A stretch of DNA of 64,000 nucleotides from Nitrospirales bacterium. Its GTDB lineage: Bacteria > Nitrospirota > Nitrospiria > Nitrospirales > UBA8639. The stretch covers positions 1,280,001 through 1,344,000 of the forward strand of contig CBDBCZ010000019.1 in the NCBI GenBank assembly GCA_965203295.1, written 5' to 3'. The position numbers and the translations under genes were made by a program. This document shows, in pieces, positions 41,559 through 52,149 of the stretch (position 1 is the first letter of the stretch; each line of letters starts with the position of its first letter). Under the pieces are notes generated by a model. It did no database searches, was not told the DNA's origin, and saw only the letters and a program-made list of their open reading frames with translations.

Positions 41559-43787
41559 ATGAGTCTCATATATCGTAAACAAAAGACCATTGGACCATAC
41601 GAAAAAATGGCCAAGAACCTCCAGGTAAAAAAATCAGCCCATGAAGCAGATTTTCTGCTGGAAATTGGGACTGAAGAATTGCCGTGGCGCGTGATTCAAC
41701 CGACATTGGAGAATCTTCGGCAAAGGATAGACCAATTATTAGCGGATAACCGTATCACTCATGGGGTCGTCCGGTCCTTTGGGACCCCTCGAAGGCTGGC
41801 ATTCATCGTCGAAGGGCTTGCTGGGAGACAATCTCCGATTCATCAGGAATTGTGGGGACCTCCAAAATCTGTCGCGTTTGACTCTGAAGGAAACCCCACC
41901 AAAGCCGCTGAGGGATTTGCGAAAACCCAGGGAATCTCGATTCGGGATGTTCAGATAAGAACAACGACCAAAGGCGAGTACCTGTGTGTGGTCAAGGAAG
42001 ATAGAGGGCGTTTAAGTAGGGAAGTCTTAAGGGAGGTCATACCCAAGGCTCTTGAAGGTTTGAGCTTTCCCAAATCCATGCAATGGAATGACTCGGGGAT
42101 TCGATTTGCCAGGCCCATTCGGTGGGTGGTGGCTATGGCGGGCTCGCAAGTGTTGAGGCTGAAAGTCGCCGGGATTGTGGCAGGCAATCATTCCTGGGGA
42201 CATCGTTTTTGGTCTCGCAATAGGACGAGAAGAGAGCACCCTATCACCATTCGTTCCTGTAGGTCCTATGTCAAAGAGTTAGAACGAGCGGGTGTTTGGG
42301 TGGACCCTGATTGTCGGCGTTCCATGTTACGAAAGCAGTTAAGAACCCTGGCTAAGTCAGTGAAAGGTCACGTGTATTCGGAGAACAAAGAAGAACTCCT
42401 TGAGGAGGCCGTTTTCTCTCAAGAATGTCCGAATGCGATTGTTGGGAAGTTTAACGCCGCCTACCTGGAACTTCCTCGAGAAATCTTAATCACCTCTATG
42501 AAAGTCCATCAGGGTTTCTTCCCGATCGTAGGTGCTCACGGCGATTTGCTGGCCAGATTTATCGCTCCCACCAATATGCACTTGCGTGACATGGGACTTA
42601 TTCGAAAAGGGAATGAACGAGTTTTAGCCGCTCGGTTAGCAGATGCTCGGTATTTCTTTGACGAAGACCGAAAAAGTAAACTCGTCGATCGTCTTGAGCA
42701 GCTCAAAGGCGTCATATTTCATAAAAAATTAGGAACACTTTTTCAAAAGACCGAACGAATGGTTCCGGTATCGGCCGTCCTCGCAGATACAGGTGGTTTG
42801 GGTCACTTAAAAGAGGCCTGCCAACGAGCAGCTCTGCTGTCAAAGGCTGATTTGACGACCTGGATGGTTGGGGAGTTTCCAACCCTTCAAGGGATCATGG
42901 GCCGGGAATATGCCAAACAAGACGGTGAGTCTGACACGGTGTGCGAGGCCATTGGTGAGCAGTATTTTCCTAAACTGCCGGATGATCAGATCCCACAGTC
43001 TCCCGTTGGGCAAATACTCTCGCTAACCGATCGATTAGATACATTGGCGGCATTTTTTCGGGCGAATGTTTCGCCAAGTGGTTCAGAAGATCCATTCGGG
43101 TTGCGTCGCCAAGCTTTTGGGTTAGTGCGGATTCTCATTGAAGGAAATCTTGGGATCAACCTGATTGAGATCATTCAACGAGTCAATCATCAACTGAATG
43201 TTCAAGGGGTTTTGCAAACTGGTCTGAATGGGAATGGGTCTGAGGAAATTGGGCCTATCCAAACCCTCTTGGAGTTTGTCGGAGAACGAATACGATTCTA
43301 TGGTCGAAAGCAATCTGGATTTCGAGATGATGTGATGGATGCAGTTCTTCAAGGACGCCAGCGAGATGTTTTTGATATTCTAGACCTATTTGCTCGAATG
43401 CAAGCGCTTCAATATATGACGGGACAGGAAGAATTTGATCCACTGATGGTCGGATTCAAACGTGCGCATAGGCTGGTAGAGAAGGAGGAGTGGTCCAAGG
43501 ATGAGGTGAATGCAGAGTTGTTTGAAGATCAATCTGAACGATCACTCCATAGCGCTCTCATGCATGCTCAGCAAGCGGTGGTGGATTCTTTGAAGAACCG
43601 GCAGTATGGACAAGCATTGGAGGATTTGATCGCGTTAAAGCCCAGCATTGATGATTTCTTTACCGGAGTATTGGTGAATGCCCCAGATCACCCGGTTCGT
43701 TCCAACCGGTTATCGTTGCTCTATCGAGTAGATCGGCTGTTTTTGATGTTTGCGGATTTTTCTAGAATTCAAGTCCAAGGAGCTTAG
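41559..43787 (+). CDS. glyS: Glycine-tRNA ligase beta subunit (start may be 41607)
   Basis: LLEIGTEELP, TPRRL, FARPIRW, GNERVL.ARL.DA, GSEDPFGLRR. Confidence 0.97.
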   Translation: MSLIYRKQKTIGPYEKMAKNLQVKKSAHEADFLLEIGTEELPWRVIQPTLENLRQRIDQLLADNRITHGVVRSFGTPRRLAFIVEGLAGRQSPIHQELWGPPKSVAFDSEGNPTKAAEGFAKTQGISIRDVQIRTTTKGEYLCVVKEDRGRLSREVLREVIPKALEGLSFPKSMQWNDSGIRFARPIRWVVAMAGSQVLRLKVAGIVAGNHSWGHRFWSRNRTRREHPITIRSCRSYVKELERAGVWVDPDCRRSMLRKQLRTLAKSVKGHVYSENKEELLEEAVFSQECPNAIVGKFNAAYLELPREILITSMKVHQGFFPIVGAHGDLLARFIAPTNMHLRDMGLIRKGNERVLAARLADARYFFDEDRKSKLVDRLEQLKGVIFHKKLGTLFQKTERMVPVSAVLADTGGLGHLKEACQRAALLSKADLTTWMVGEFPTLQGIMGREYAKQDGESDTVCEAIGEQYFPKLPDDQIPQSPVGQILSLTDRLDTLAAFFRANVSPSGSEDPFGLRRQAFGLVRILIEGNLGINLIEIIQRVNHQLNVQGVLQTGLNGNGSEEIGPIQTLLEFVGERIRFYGRKQSGFRDDVMDAVLQGRQRDVFDILDLFARMQALQYMTGQEEFDPLMVGFKRAHRLVEKEEWSKDEVNAELFEDQSERSLHSALMHAQQAVVDSLKNRQYGQALEDLIALKPSIDDFFTGVLVNAPDHPVRSNRLSLLYRVDRLFLMFADFSRIQVQGA

Positions 43788-43815
43788 CAGGATTGTAAAG
43801 TTTATTCCTTGTTAA

Positions 43816-44315
43816 TTGCATGAAAGGAATGTAGGGCTTCCTCCTTTCTCCATGCTTGGAATACAGCAAGAGCAACGGATTCGATGGTTCAGCTTTGGAG
43901 TCACACTGGGCCTCATTCTTGTGTGCAATGCCATGTTATTGCTAGGTCTCTGGGCCAGTGTACTGAACCTTGATTGGGTGTTTTCGGAATCTGAGTTTTA
44001 TGAGCCAACGAAAGGCTATTGTGTCAAAGTGACGATGGCTCAAGTTATTGACTCACATGAGCGTGTACGGTTGTGTTCAGAGTGGTTGGAGATGTCGGAT
44101 CCAACAGGGCAGGTTCATACCTTGCGGGAAGGTGAACCCATTGCGTACGGAGAAGATGGCAAATTTCATTATGAGAGTGACCTCGGTCAAATGCGAAATT
44201 GTTGGCCCTTTTGGTGTTTGTCGTCCTGGTCATAGGATCAGGAATGTGGCTCAAACGATACCTCATTGCCTGGTATCGCTTACGACTTCAGGCTACGGGC
44301 GAGAAGGTGGGATAG
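43816..44315 (+). pseudogene. Hypothetical two-TM membrane protein, frameshifted
   Basis: Second TM helix (NAKLLALLVFVVLVIGSGMWLKRY...*) lies in a shifted frame from about 44188. Confidence 0.55.
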
Positions 44316-44433
44316 GGAATAGGATTGGTTCATCGAGTGATCATTCACAACGTTATGGAAAGATTTTCAGTCCTGTAGATTAAGAAGACCTACAAGATTC
44401 TGAAAATCATCTTTGGATAAGGGGAACCAAAGC

Positions 44434-47277
44434 ATGCGTAAGAAGAAGTACGTTTTTTACTTTGGAGATGGCAAGGCCGAAGGGAAAGGTTCTATGAGGG
44501 AACTCCTTGGGGGAAAAGGAGCAGGCCTGGCCGAAATGACGAACCTGAAGATTTCAGTTCCTCCGGGGTTCACGATCAGTACAGAGGCCTGTTTGGAATA
44601 CTTTAAATGCAAGGAAAAGTACCCATCTGGCATGTGGGAGCAGGCCCTTAAAGGGATGAAACGGGTCGAGCGATCGATGAAAGCTGGATTCGGTGATCCC
44701 CAAAATCCCCTGCTTGTATCCGTCCGCTCCGGTGCCCGCGCATCGATGCCCGGTATGATGGATACAGTTTTAAACTTGGGACTGAATTCAGAAACCGTTC
44801 GGGGATTAGCGGAAAAAACCAATAATGAGCGCTTTGTTGCCGATGCTTACCGTCGGTTTATCACGATGTTCGGATCGGTTGTCATGGATATACCTCGAGA
44901 ACGATTTGAGGAAATTCTTGATGAGAAAAAGAAAGAACGAGGTGTGTCAAATGATACTGATCTGTCAACCAATGATCTGAATGATTTGGTGTCCCAATAC
45001 AAAGTGGTTGTCAAACAGCTGACCAACCGCGAATTTCCTCAGGATCCGTTTGAACAGCTTAGATTGGGGATCAATGCGGTATTCGTGTCCTGGTTTGGTG
45101 ATCGGGCGGTGACTTACCGAAAAATCTACGAAATTCCAGATACGTGGGGAACAGCGGTCAATGTCGTGGCGATGGTCTTTGGCAATATGGGCGAGACGAG
45201 TGGAACAGGTGTGGCGTTTACACGTGATCCTTCAACAGGAGTGCACACATTTTTTGGCGAATGCCTCCTCAACGCCCAGGGCGAAGACGTCGTCGCGGGA
45301 ACCCGTACGCCCCTTCCCGTGACAGCGCTCAAAGATCAACTGCCGTCCGCTTATAAAGCTTTAATGGATACCCAAAAGAAACTCGAACGTCATTATCGGG
45401 ATATGCTGGATTTGGAATTTACGATCCAGGAAGAAAAGTTGTACATGCTGCAAACACGAGTAGGGAAGCGAACCGGAATTGCGGCAGTACGAATCGCCGT
45501 CGAAATGGTGAAAGAAGGGCTCATCGATAAAAGAGAAGCGGTTCAACGTGTCGCCCCAGAGCAACTGGCCCAATACCTGCACCCGATTTTTTCGCAGATG
45601 GAGGAAGCTGGGTATCGAGTGATTGGGAAGGGTCTTCCTGCAGGGCCAGGTGCAGCAGCTGGAAAGATTACATTGACTCCGGAACGAGCAGTCGAACTCA
45701 AAGCTCAAGGAGAACGAGCACTTCTTGTGCGGAAGGAAACCAGTCCAGATGACATTCATGGGATGTATGCCGCCGAGGGTTTCCTCACAGCCAAAGGAGG
45801 GATGACCTCACATGCTGCGGTTGTGGCCCGTCAAATGGGAAAGGTCTGTGTTGCTGGGTGCGATGATGTGGAAGTTTTTGAGGAAGAAGACAAGGTACGC
45901 ATCGGCGACGTTATGTTTAAGGAAGGTGATTTTCTCTCCCTGAACGGATTTACTGGGCAAGTGTATGCTGAGGATATTCCCGTTGTTGACTCTGAAGTGA
46001 TCCAAGTGATTCAGGGGAAAATGAACCCTGGCCAGTCCGAAAAATACCAGTATTTTTCGACGGTCCTCAAGTGGGCAGATGAGATCCGGAAACTCAGAGT
46101 TCGCGCGAACGCCGATATTCCTGATCAAGCCAGGATAGCAAGGGGCTTTGGGGCGGAAGGCATTGGGCTGTGTCGGACAGAGCACATGTTTTTTGCTGAA
46201 AAACGGGCCCCCATTATGCAGCAAATGATCCTGGTTACCACAAGGGAAGAACGGGAAAAATATCTGGACCAACTCATGCCCTTGCAAAAACAAGACTTTG
46301 TTGGGTTATACCGCGCAATGGAAGGCTTCCCGGTCACCATTCGGCTGCTGGATCCTCCACTCCATGAATTTTTGCCCAAGCGGGAGCAGCTGATGGTGGA
46401 TATTGCTCGATTAGAGCTGACCAACGGAGATTCAGACGTGATTGAAGAAAAACGGCAGATTCTGTCACGAGTCGAAGAGCTCCATGAATTCAATCCCATG
46501 CTAGGGCTGCGCGGATGTCGGTTGGGGATTACCATGCCGGAAATTACCCGTATGCAGGTGAAGGCTGTGTTTGAAGCCGCGTGCGAAGCTGTGAAAGAAG
46601 GCATAAAGGTCGTGCCAGAAATCATGATTCCTTTGGTCGGCATGACATCCGAAATGAAGGCCCAAAAAGACCTGATTCGCGAAGTGGCTTCTGAAACTAT
46701 GAAACGATGTGGAGTGAAAATACCCTATCTTGTCGGTACGATGATCGAATTGCCCAGAGCGGCCGTGACGGCCGATCGGATTGCAGAGGACGCCGAGTTC
46801 TTTTCCTTTGGAACCAATGATTTCACACAAACCACCTATGGTTTTTCCCGTGACGATGCCGCAAAATTCACCGGATTCTATCGAGATGCCAACCTGATGG
46901 AGTTTGATCCCTTTGAGGTATTGGATCGCGAGGGAGTCGGTTCCATGATGCAGCTTGCGATGAAGGAAGGTCGAAAAACACGACCCGGAATTAAGCTAGG
47001 GATTTGTGGGGAACATGGGGGCGAGCCAAGTTCCGTGGAGTTTTGTCACCAACTTGGCCTGGACTATGTGAGTTGCTCGCCTTACAGAGTGCCAATCGCC
47101 AGATTAGCAGCAGCCCAAGCTGCTCTCGCGGCTGGTGAGGCAAAAGGAACGACAAAAAGATCAAAACCAGCCATCCGAAAGCCCGTCAAAGCAAAATCCC
47201 GAAAAACTCGCGCGGTCTCGGTCAAGGCCTCTTCCAAAAAGAAATCCCACCAACGTAAAACATCTTCCCGCCGGTGA
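44434..47277 (+). CDS. ppdK: Pyruvate, phosphate dikinase
   Basis: LLGGKGAGL, SVRSGA, GGMTSHAAVVAR phospho-His, GLCRTEHMF, GICGEHGG. Confidence 0.98.
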   Translation: MRKKKYVFYFGDGKAEGKGSMRELLGGKGAGLAEMTNLKISVPPGFTISTEACLEYFKCKEKYPSGMWEQALKGMKRVERSMKAGFGDPQNPLLVSVRSGARASMPGMMDTVLNLGLNSETVRGLAEKTNNERFVADAYRRFITMFGSVVMDIPRERFEEILDEKKKERGVSNDTDLSTNDLNDLVSQYKVVVKQLTNREFPQDPFEQLRLGINAVFVSWFGDRAVTYRKIYEIPDTWGTAVNVVAMVFGNMGETSGTGVAFTRDPSTGVHTFFGECLLNAQGEDVVAGTRTPLPVTALKDQLPSAYKALMDTQKKLERHYRDMLDLEFTIQEEKLYMLQTRVGKRTGIAAVRIAVEMVKEGLIDKREAVQRVAPEQLAQYLHPIFSQMEEAGYRVIGKGLPAGPGAAAGKITLTPERAVELKAQGERALLVRKETSPDDIHGMYAAEGFLTAKGGMTSHAAVVARQMGKVCVAGCDDVEVFEEEDKVRIGDVMFKEGDFLSLNGFTGQVYAEDIPVVDSEVIQVIQGKMNPGQSEKYQYFSTVLKWADEIRKLRVRANADIPDQARIARGFGAEGIGLCRTEHMFFAEKRAPIMQQMILVTTREEREKYLDQLMPLQKQDFVGLYRAMEGFPVTIRLLDPPLHEFLPKREQLMVDIARLELTNGDSDVIEEKRQILSRVEELHEFNPMLGLRGCRLGITMPEITRMQVKAVFEAACEAVKEGIKVVPEIMIPLVGMTSEMKAQKDLIREVASETMKRCGVKIPYLVGTMIELPRAAVTADRIAEDAEFFSFGTNDFTQTTYGFSRDDAAKFTGFYRDANLMEFDPFEVLDREGVGSMMQLAMKEGRKTRPGIKLGICGEHGGEPSSVEFCHQLGLDYVSCSPYRVPIARLAAAQAALAAGEAKGTTKRSKPAIRKPVKAKSRKTRAVSVKASSKKKSHQRKTSSRR

Positions 47278-48398
47278 GTGACGTCAAGACTGACGTCAGT
47301 TACATGAAAAAAGTTCTTCGCCTTGCTGCGAAAGGGCGAGGACTGACCAGTCCCAACCCCATGGTGGGCGCAATCATCGTCAACAAGGGACGTATCGTCG
47401 GCCAGGGCTTTCACCATAAAGCTGGAGAGCCTCACGCGGAAATTCTTGCCCTTCATCGAGCCGGTCCCCGAGCTCGAGGGGGAACCATGTACGTGAATCT
47501 CGAGCCCTGTTGTCATGCCAACAAACGAACCCCACCGTGTGTCCCAAGCATCATGACCTCTGGATTACAACGTGTGGTGATTGCCATGAAAGACCTCAAT
47601 CTCCAGGTCTCAGGTCGGGGGATCAGGCAATTGCGTCGGGCCGTCTTCAGTGTTGAAGTGGGATGCCTTCGGGAAGAAGCCGAACAACTCAACGAAGTCT
47701 ATTGCCACTGGATACAAACAAGTCGGCCTTTTGTCATTCTAAAGGCGGCGATGTCGCTGGATGGGAAAATTGCGACGGCTACTGGAGAATCACAATGGAT
47801 CACGGGAGAACAGGCGAGAGAGCATGTTCATAATGTGCGTAGCCAGGTCGATGCCATTTTGGTCGGCATATCCACCGTCCTCAAGGATGATCCCAAACTC
47901 ACAGTGCGATTGCCAGGCAAGACCTCACCTCAGACGTCTTTGCGCCAGCCTGTTCGGGTGATTCTCGATAGTACACTGCGAATTCCTCAATCAGCACAAG
48001 TGTTTCGGTGGATGATGGAAAATCCCACAGTGATTGCAACCACGAAACGAGCGAACAAAAAAAAGATAGAGCAGCTTACTGCCCAAGGGGCAACAATTTT
48101 GGTGCTTCCTCAAGACAGAGGCCGAGTATCATTTCCTGCATGTTTGCGACGACTGAGTTATATGGGTTTAACCAGTGTGCTGGTAGAGGGTGGTGGTGAA
48201 GTAAATGCCAGGGCCTTGAGGAGTGGGCTGGTGAATAAGGTCGTATTGTATGTCGCCCCTTTCTTGTTGGGTGGACAGAACTCAAAAAACCTGATTGGCG
48301 GAGCATCGCCAAAAAGATTGATTGATGCGGTTCGGTTGCGCGATGTAGAGGTACAACGAGTCGGCGAGGATGTATTGATAGCTGCCTATGTCACCTAA
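47274..48398 (+). CDS. ribD: Riboflavin biosynthesis deaminase/reductase
   Basis: PNPMVGA, HAE, EPCCH..RTPPC, SLDGKIA, SQWIT, VEGG. Confidence 0.96.
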   Translation: MSDVKTDVSYMKKVLRLAAKGRGLTSPNPMVGAIIVNKGRIVGQGFHHKAGEPHAEILALHRAGPRARGGTMYVNLEPCCHANKRTPPCVPSIMTSGLQRVVIAMKDLNLQVSGRGIRQLRRAVFSVEVGCLREEAEQLNEVYCHWIQTSRPFVILKAAMSLDGKIATATGESQWITGEQAREHVHNVRSQVDAILVGISTVLKDDPKLTVRLPGKTSPQTSLRQPVRVILDSTLRIPQSAQVFRWMMENPTVIATTKRANKKKIEQLTAQGATILVLPQDRGRVSFPACLRRLSYMGLTSVLVEGGGEVNARALRSGLVNKVVLYVAPFLLGGQNSKNLIGGASPKRLIDAVRLRDVEVQRVGEDVLIAAYVT

Positions 48399-48442
48399 TT
48401 GAAGACCAACCCAGTTAACCTACCACTGTGGAATAATGTTAT

Positions 48443-48631
48443 CTATTCCCCTGATTTGAACAGGCAGTGCTTGGTAAAGTCTGCTACTTCGTTAGTGGTC
48501 TAGTTTCCCTTAGATTTCTCCTTCATGTTCGTACACCATTCTTGACTTCCTATCTCCGGAGAGCAACCTAACGTGAAGATTACTAACATCATACGGCAAA
48601 GTAATGGGATACTCTTAATCCCTTTATCCAT
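48443..48631 (-). pseudogene. DUF3012-like small lipoprotein with Trp-to-amber stop
   Basis: LGCSPEIGSQEWCTNMKEKSKGN*TTNEVADFTKHC resembles the DUF3012 pattern C.PEVGS..WC..MKEK.KGDWT.NE..DF.KHC. Confidence 0.75.
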
Positions 48632-48902
48632 TTGCTCACTTCCTGAAAAAATAAGTTGCCGAATACGGACGAGTTCACCAGTGCTGACACCCATCCAGTG
48701 GAGCGCCTGTCTAAACTAACTCTATAAATATTCCTGAGCAACTGTCCTGTTTTTTCGGGGGTCATAAAAACTAGAGTCGCTCGAAAGACGGTTTGTTAGC
48801 TTTATAGATCAAAAGAAATTGACTGGTTAGCACGACAATTTTATACAGATTGTCTTTCTTTGACCAGACAGTATTCTACTGTTAGAGTGGGTATAAATTG
48901 TT

Positions 48903-50250
48903 TTGCGTTCCTTTATAGGGACGCTTCTTCGGTCTACTCCTGCCTAAAGTCCTTTCTTTTCTCCTGCCTCTTTGCATTTGTATCGTGCTCTCAGGCCCAA
49001 GTGCTCATGCTCAGGAATCGGAAAAGGGTCTTTCCCCCCATGATCGGTCAGCTCAATCCCTATCTCTTTCTGCCCTTGTTGGGCAATTTTTGTTGGCCAA
49101 TGATAGAGCAGAGACAGATCAATTACTTGAACAAGTTCTTGCTCATCCTAAGGCAACGTTGGACAGTGTGACTGGTGCGATTCGTGCTGGTCAAACTTAT
49201 GGGCAGGAACCTCTTGGAGAACAGCCGGGGTTGCCTGTTCGTGTTCGTGGCCACATGCAGTCCTACAGCCTTTATGTGCCGCCTTCCTATTCCCCCAATA
49301 GACCTTTTCCTTTGGTCGTGTGTTTACACGGGCTAGGGTTTACCGGAGACTCTTACCTTGAGCGGTGGCAACCTCGGTTGGGAGATGCCTACATATTGGC
49401 CTGTCCGACCTACTCTGAAGCGGGGTGGTATAACCGATTTGGCGAGGACCTTGTCTTTGCCACGATCAACTCTGTGAAGACACGTTACTGGATTGACCTT
49501 GATCGTATTTATCTCACGGGGATGTCAAATGGAGGGATTGGAGCCTGGATCATCGGAATGCATCATGCACCGAAATTTGCTGGGGTGGCGCCAATGGCGA
49601 GTGGGATTGATGACGTGATGTATCCATTTTTGGAAAATCTCAGTCAAACCCCGATCTATATTATTCACGGAGCACGAGATCAGATCATGCCGGTGTGGAT
49701 GAGTCGGAAGATCACAAATGAATTGGATGATTTAGATATTGCGTATACGTATCGTGAGCACGATCGGTCTCATTCTCATGCTGGTGGGCATTTTTTCCCT
49801 CGAGAAGAATTGCCAGCCCTCGTGTCCTGGTTCGGAGCATAGAAACGAAATCCTTTTCCACAGAAACTTGTCCTGGTACGGGATGCTTCGCACTTGACGG
49901 ACTTCGGGTGGGTGCGGATTGACGCGACAGACAGAATTGCGGCATTTCAGGATAATCTCATGGATAGTCGGGGCGAATATATCAAACAACGCATCTATGC
50001 TAGGTTGGAGGTAGAGTTTGTTCGCGCTAATCGCCTTGAGGTGAGGACAAACCGGGTGAGGCGATATACCGTGTTTCTGAATGACCATCTTGTTGATCTG
50101 ACAAAACCTGTGACGGTTGTGACGAATGGTCATGTCAACTTTAATGGCTTGGTACAGTCTAGCTTAGAAACTTTGCTTCGTGAGGCCCGTCGCCGACAAG
50201 ATCCGGAAATGCTGTTTGCAGCTCGATTGACCATCGATGTGGAGCAGTGA
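48903..50250 (+). pseudogene. Secreted alpha/beta-hydrolase (esterase/PHB depolymerase-like), disrupted
   Basis: LYVP, LHG, GMSNGG elbow, HGARD; in-frame TAG 49840-49842 separates the C-terminal domain; signal peptide start out of frame near 48918. Confidence 0.75.
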
Positions 50251-50289
50251 GTCAGGCCTGATCTTTTTGTTTCTGATGTAAAACTCATC

Positions 50290-51795
50290 ATGGTACATGC
50301 TATTGCGATCCTAGGTACGGCGTCGGATGTAGGAAAGAGCGTTATTGCCACGGCCTTATGCCGAATTCTCTACAGGGCTGGTGTGCGGGTTGCACCTTTT
50401 AAATCCCAGAATATGTCCTTGAATTCCTTTGTCACGGTGGAGGGTGGGGAAATGGGACAGGCTCAGGTGTTGCAGGCTACGGCCTGTGGTTTGGTTCCCC
50501 ACGTTGACATGAACCCAATTCTTCTGAAACCTGAAGCCGACACTCGTTCTCAAGTTGTTGTCCAGGGACGTCTTTGGGGGACGCAAGATGCGCATGGATA
50601 TTTTGGATGCAAACCGGAGTTGTTTGGCTTCGTGCGTGAGAGCTATGAGCGGTTGGCCAACCAGAACGATGTGATCATCATTGAGGGAGCCGGGAGTGGG
50701 GCGGAAGTGAATCTTCGGAGTCGAGATTTAGTGAATTGGCCTGTCGCTGAGTTGGCTGATGCATCGGTGATCCTGGTGGCTGACATTGATCGAGGTGGGG
50801 TGTTTGCCCAAGTCATTGGCACGCTGGATTTGCTTGAGCCTGAAGAACGCCGACGAGTTGTGGGTATCGTGATCAATAAGTTTCGCGGAGACATCAGCTT
50901 GTTTCATGATGGAGTCACGTTTATCGAAAACAGAACCCAGATTCCTGTTCTAGGGGTCGTGCCTTACCTTCGGAACCTTGAGCTAGACCAAGAAGATAGC
51001 CTTGATGTCAGCTTGAATCACCAATCCGTTTTTCGTTCTGAGACGGTCAATATTGCTGTTATTTTGCTGCCTCATATGAGCAACTTTACAGATTTTAATG
51101 TACTTCGTGCTGAAAAGGATGTTGTGGTTCGATACGTATCTAAACCCTGGGAACTTGTAGGGGCTGATGTGGTCATGTTGCCAGGAACTAAAATGACGAT
51201 CCATGACATGACTTATTTGCATCAAGCTGGGTTTGGTTCTTGGTTGCGAGAACATGTGAGTCGAGGAGGGGAATTGGTCGGTCTTTGCGGGGGATTTCAA
51301 ATGCTGGGAACAGAAATCTCTGACCCTGATCATGCCGAAACTGGTGGTGGGTGCAAGGGATTTGGATTGCTCCAGTTTTCTACTGAATTGTTAACTGAAA
51401 AAAAGACTTATCAGGTTCGTGCTATCCCGCTGCATATAAGAAATGCTGAGGCATGTTCGGTGACGGTTTATGAGATTCATATGGGAATCACCACACGGCT
51501 TGCAGCTTTGCCATGCTTTAGAATTCTAGAAGGAATGTTCAGCAGTGAGGATGATGGAGCTCGAAGTGATGATGGTCTTGTCTGGGGGACGTATATTCAT
51601 GGAGTGTTTGATGAACCGGGATTTCGCAGAACGTGGATAAAGCGCGTACGTGCGCGAAAGGGATTGCCGATTTTAGATATCTCCATTTCTGAGGAAGTGA
51701 GTGCTCGGCTAGCAGGTGCTCTTGATCGTTGGGCCGATCATATTGAAACGCATGTTAATTTGACGCCCATGTTATCGATTCTGGGGTTGCGTTAG
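50290..51795 (+). CDS. cobQ: Cobyric acid synthase
   Basis: GTASDVGKS, PFKSQNMS, NPILLKP, EGAGS, DIDRGG, SNFTDF, GLCGGFQMLG, YEIH, GTYIHG. Confidence 0.95.
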   Translation: MVHAIAILGTASDVGKSVIATALCRILYRAGVRVAPFKSQNMSLNSFVTVEGGEMGQAQVLQATACGLVPHVDMNPILLKPEADTRSQVVVQGRLWGTQDAHGYFGCKPELFGFVRESYERLANQNDVIIIEGAGSGAEVNLRSRDLVNWPVAELADASVILVADIDRGGVFAQVIGTLDLLEPEERRRVVGIVINKFRGDISLFHDGVTFIENRTQIPVLGVVPYLRNLELDQEDSLDVSLNHQSVFRSETVNIAVILLPHMSNFTDFNVLRAEKDVVVRYVSKPWELVGADVVMLPGTKMTIHDMTYLHQAGFGSWLREHVSRGGELVGLCGGFQMLGTEISDPDHAETGGGCKGFGLLQFSTELLTEKKTYQVRAIPLHIRNAEACSVTVYEIHMGITTRLAALPCFRILEGMFSSEDDGARSDDGLVWGTYIHGVFDEPGFRRTWIKRVRARKGLPILDISISEEVSARLAGALDRWADHIETHVNLTPMLSILGLR

Positions 51796-51887
51796 ACGAA
51801 CTCTACACATGAAATGCACATTAGTCGTCAATTCGTCAATAAGACTTCTGTGCTATCAACTCTGGTTCTTCGTCATCTTTGCTCGCC

Positions 51888-51917
51888 TTGACAAACCAAT
51901 CACCCCTCACCTACAGT
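51888..51917 (+). promoter_or_regulatory. Probable sigma70 promoter of the btuFCD leader
   Basis: TTGACA-N18-TACAGT about 15 nt upstream of the riboswitch. Confidence 0.55.
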
Positions 51918-51931
51918 CCCTTCAATAAAGT

Positions 51932-52110
51932 TGTTCGGGTGCAGGGAAGAAGGTGCAACTCCTTCGCGGTCCCGCCGCTGTAACTGAGGACGAAACTCGC
52001 AAGAGCCACTGTCAAGGTTTGATACTCGTTTCCTTGATGGGAAGGCGCGGGGAGTAGGGTAGCCCAGATTTTTGGGTTGAGACTCAGGAGCCAGAATACC
52101 TGCTCGAACA
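51932..52110 (+). ncRNA. Cobalamin riboswitch upstream of btuFCD
   Basis: GGGAA-gaaGGTGcaAcTCC, cccGCcgCTGTa, GCCACTG...GGGAAGG, B12 box AGCCAGAATACCTGC; P1 TGTTCGGGT/GCTCGAACA. Confidence 0.92.
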
Positions 52111-52149
52111 GAGGCCTTTGTTCCCTCGTGGGCTGGGGAGCGGGTGAGG

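Noticed and set aside
40613..47277. glyQS-ppdK linkage as a novel association
   Set aside because: This adjacency is already known from several bacterial groups.
44457..47516. Long antisense ORFs within ppdK (and similar shadow ORFs in degP, moeA, trp genes, btuC)
   Set aside because: They lie opposite strongly conserved genes and have no protein-like features; typical codon-bias shadows.
24398..49842. Stop-codon reassignment, selenocysteine or pyrrolysine read-through to explain in-frame stops
   Set aside because: All three stop codons occur, apparently replacing different residues (Gln, Trp). They co-occur with frameshifts in the same genes, and TAA, TAG and TGA all terminate intact genes normally.
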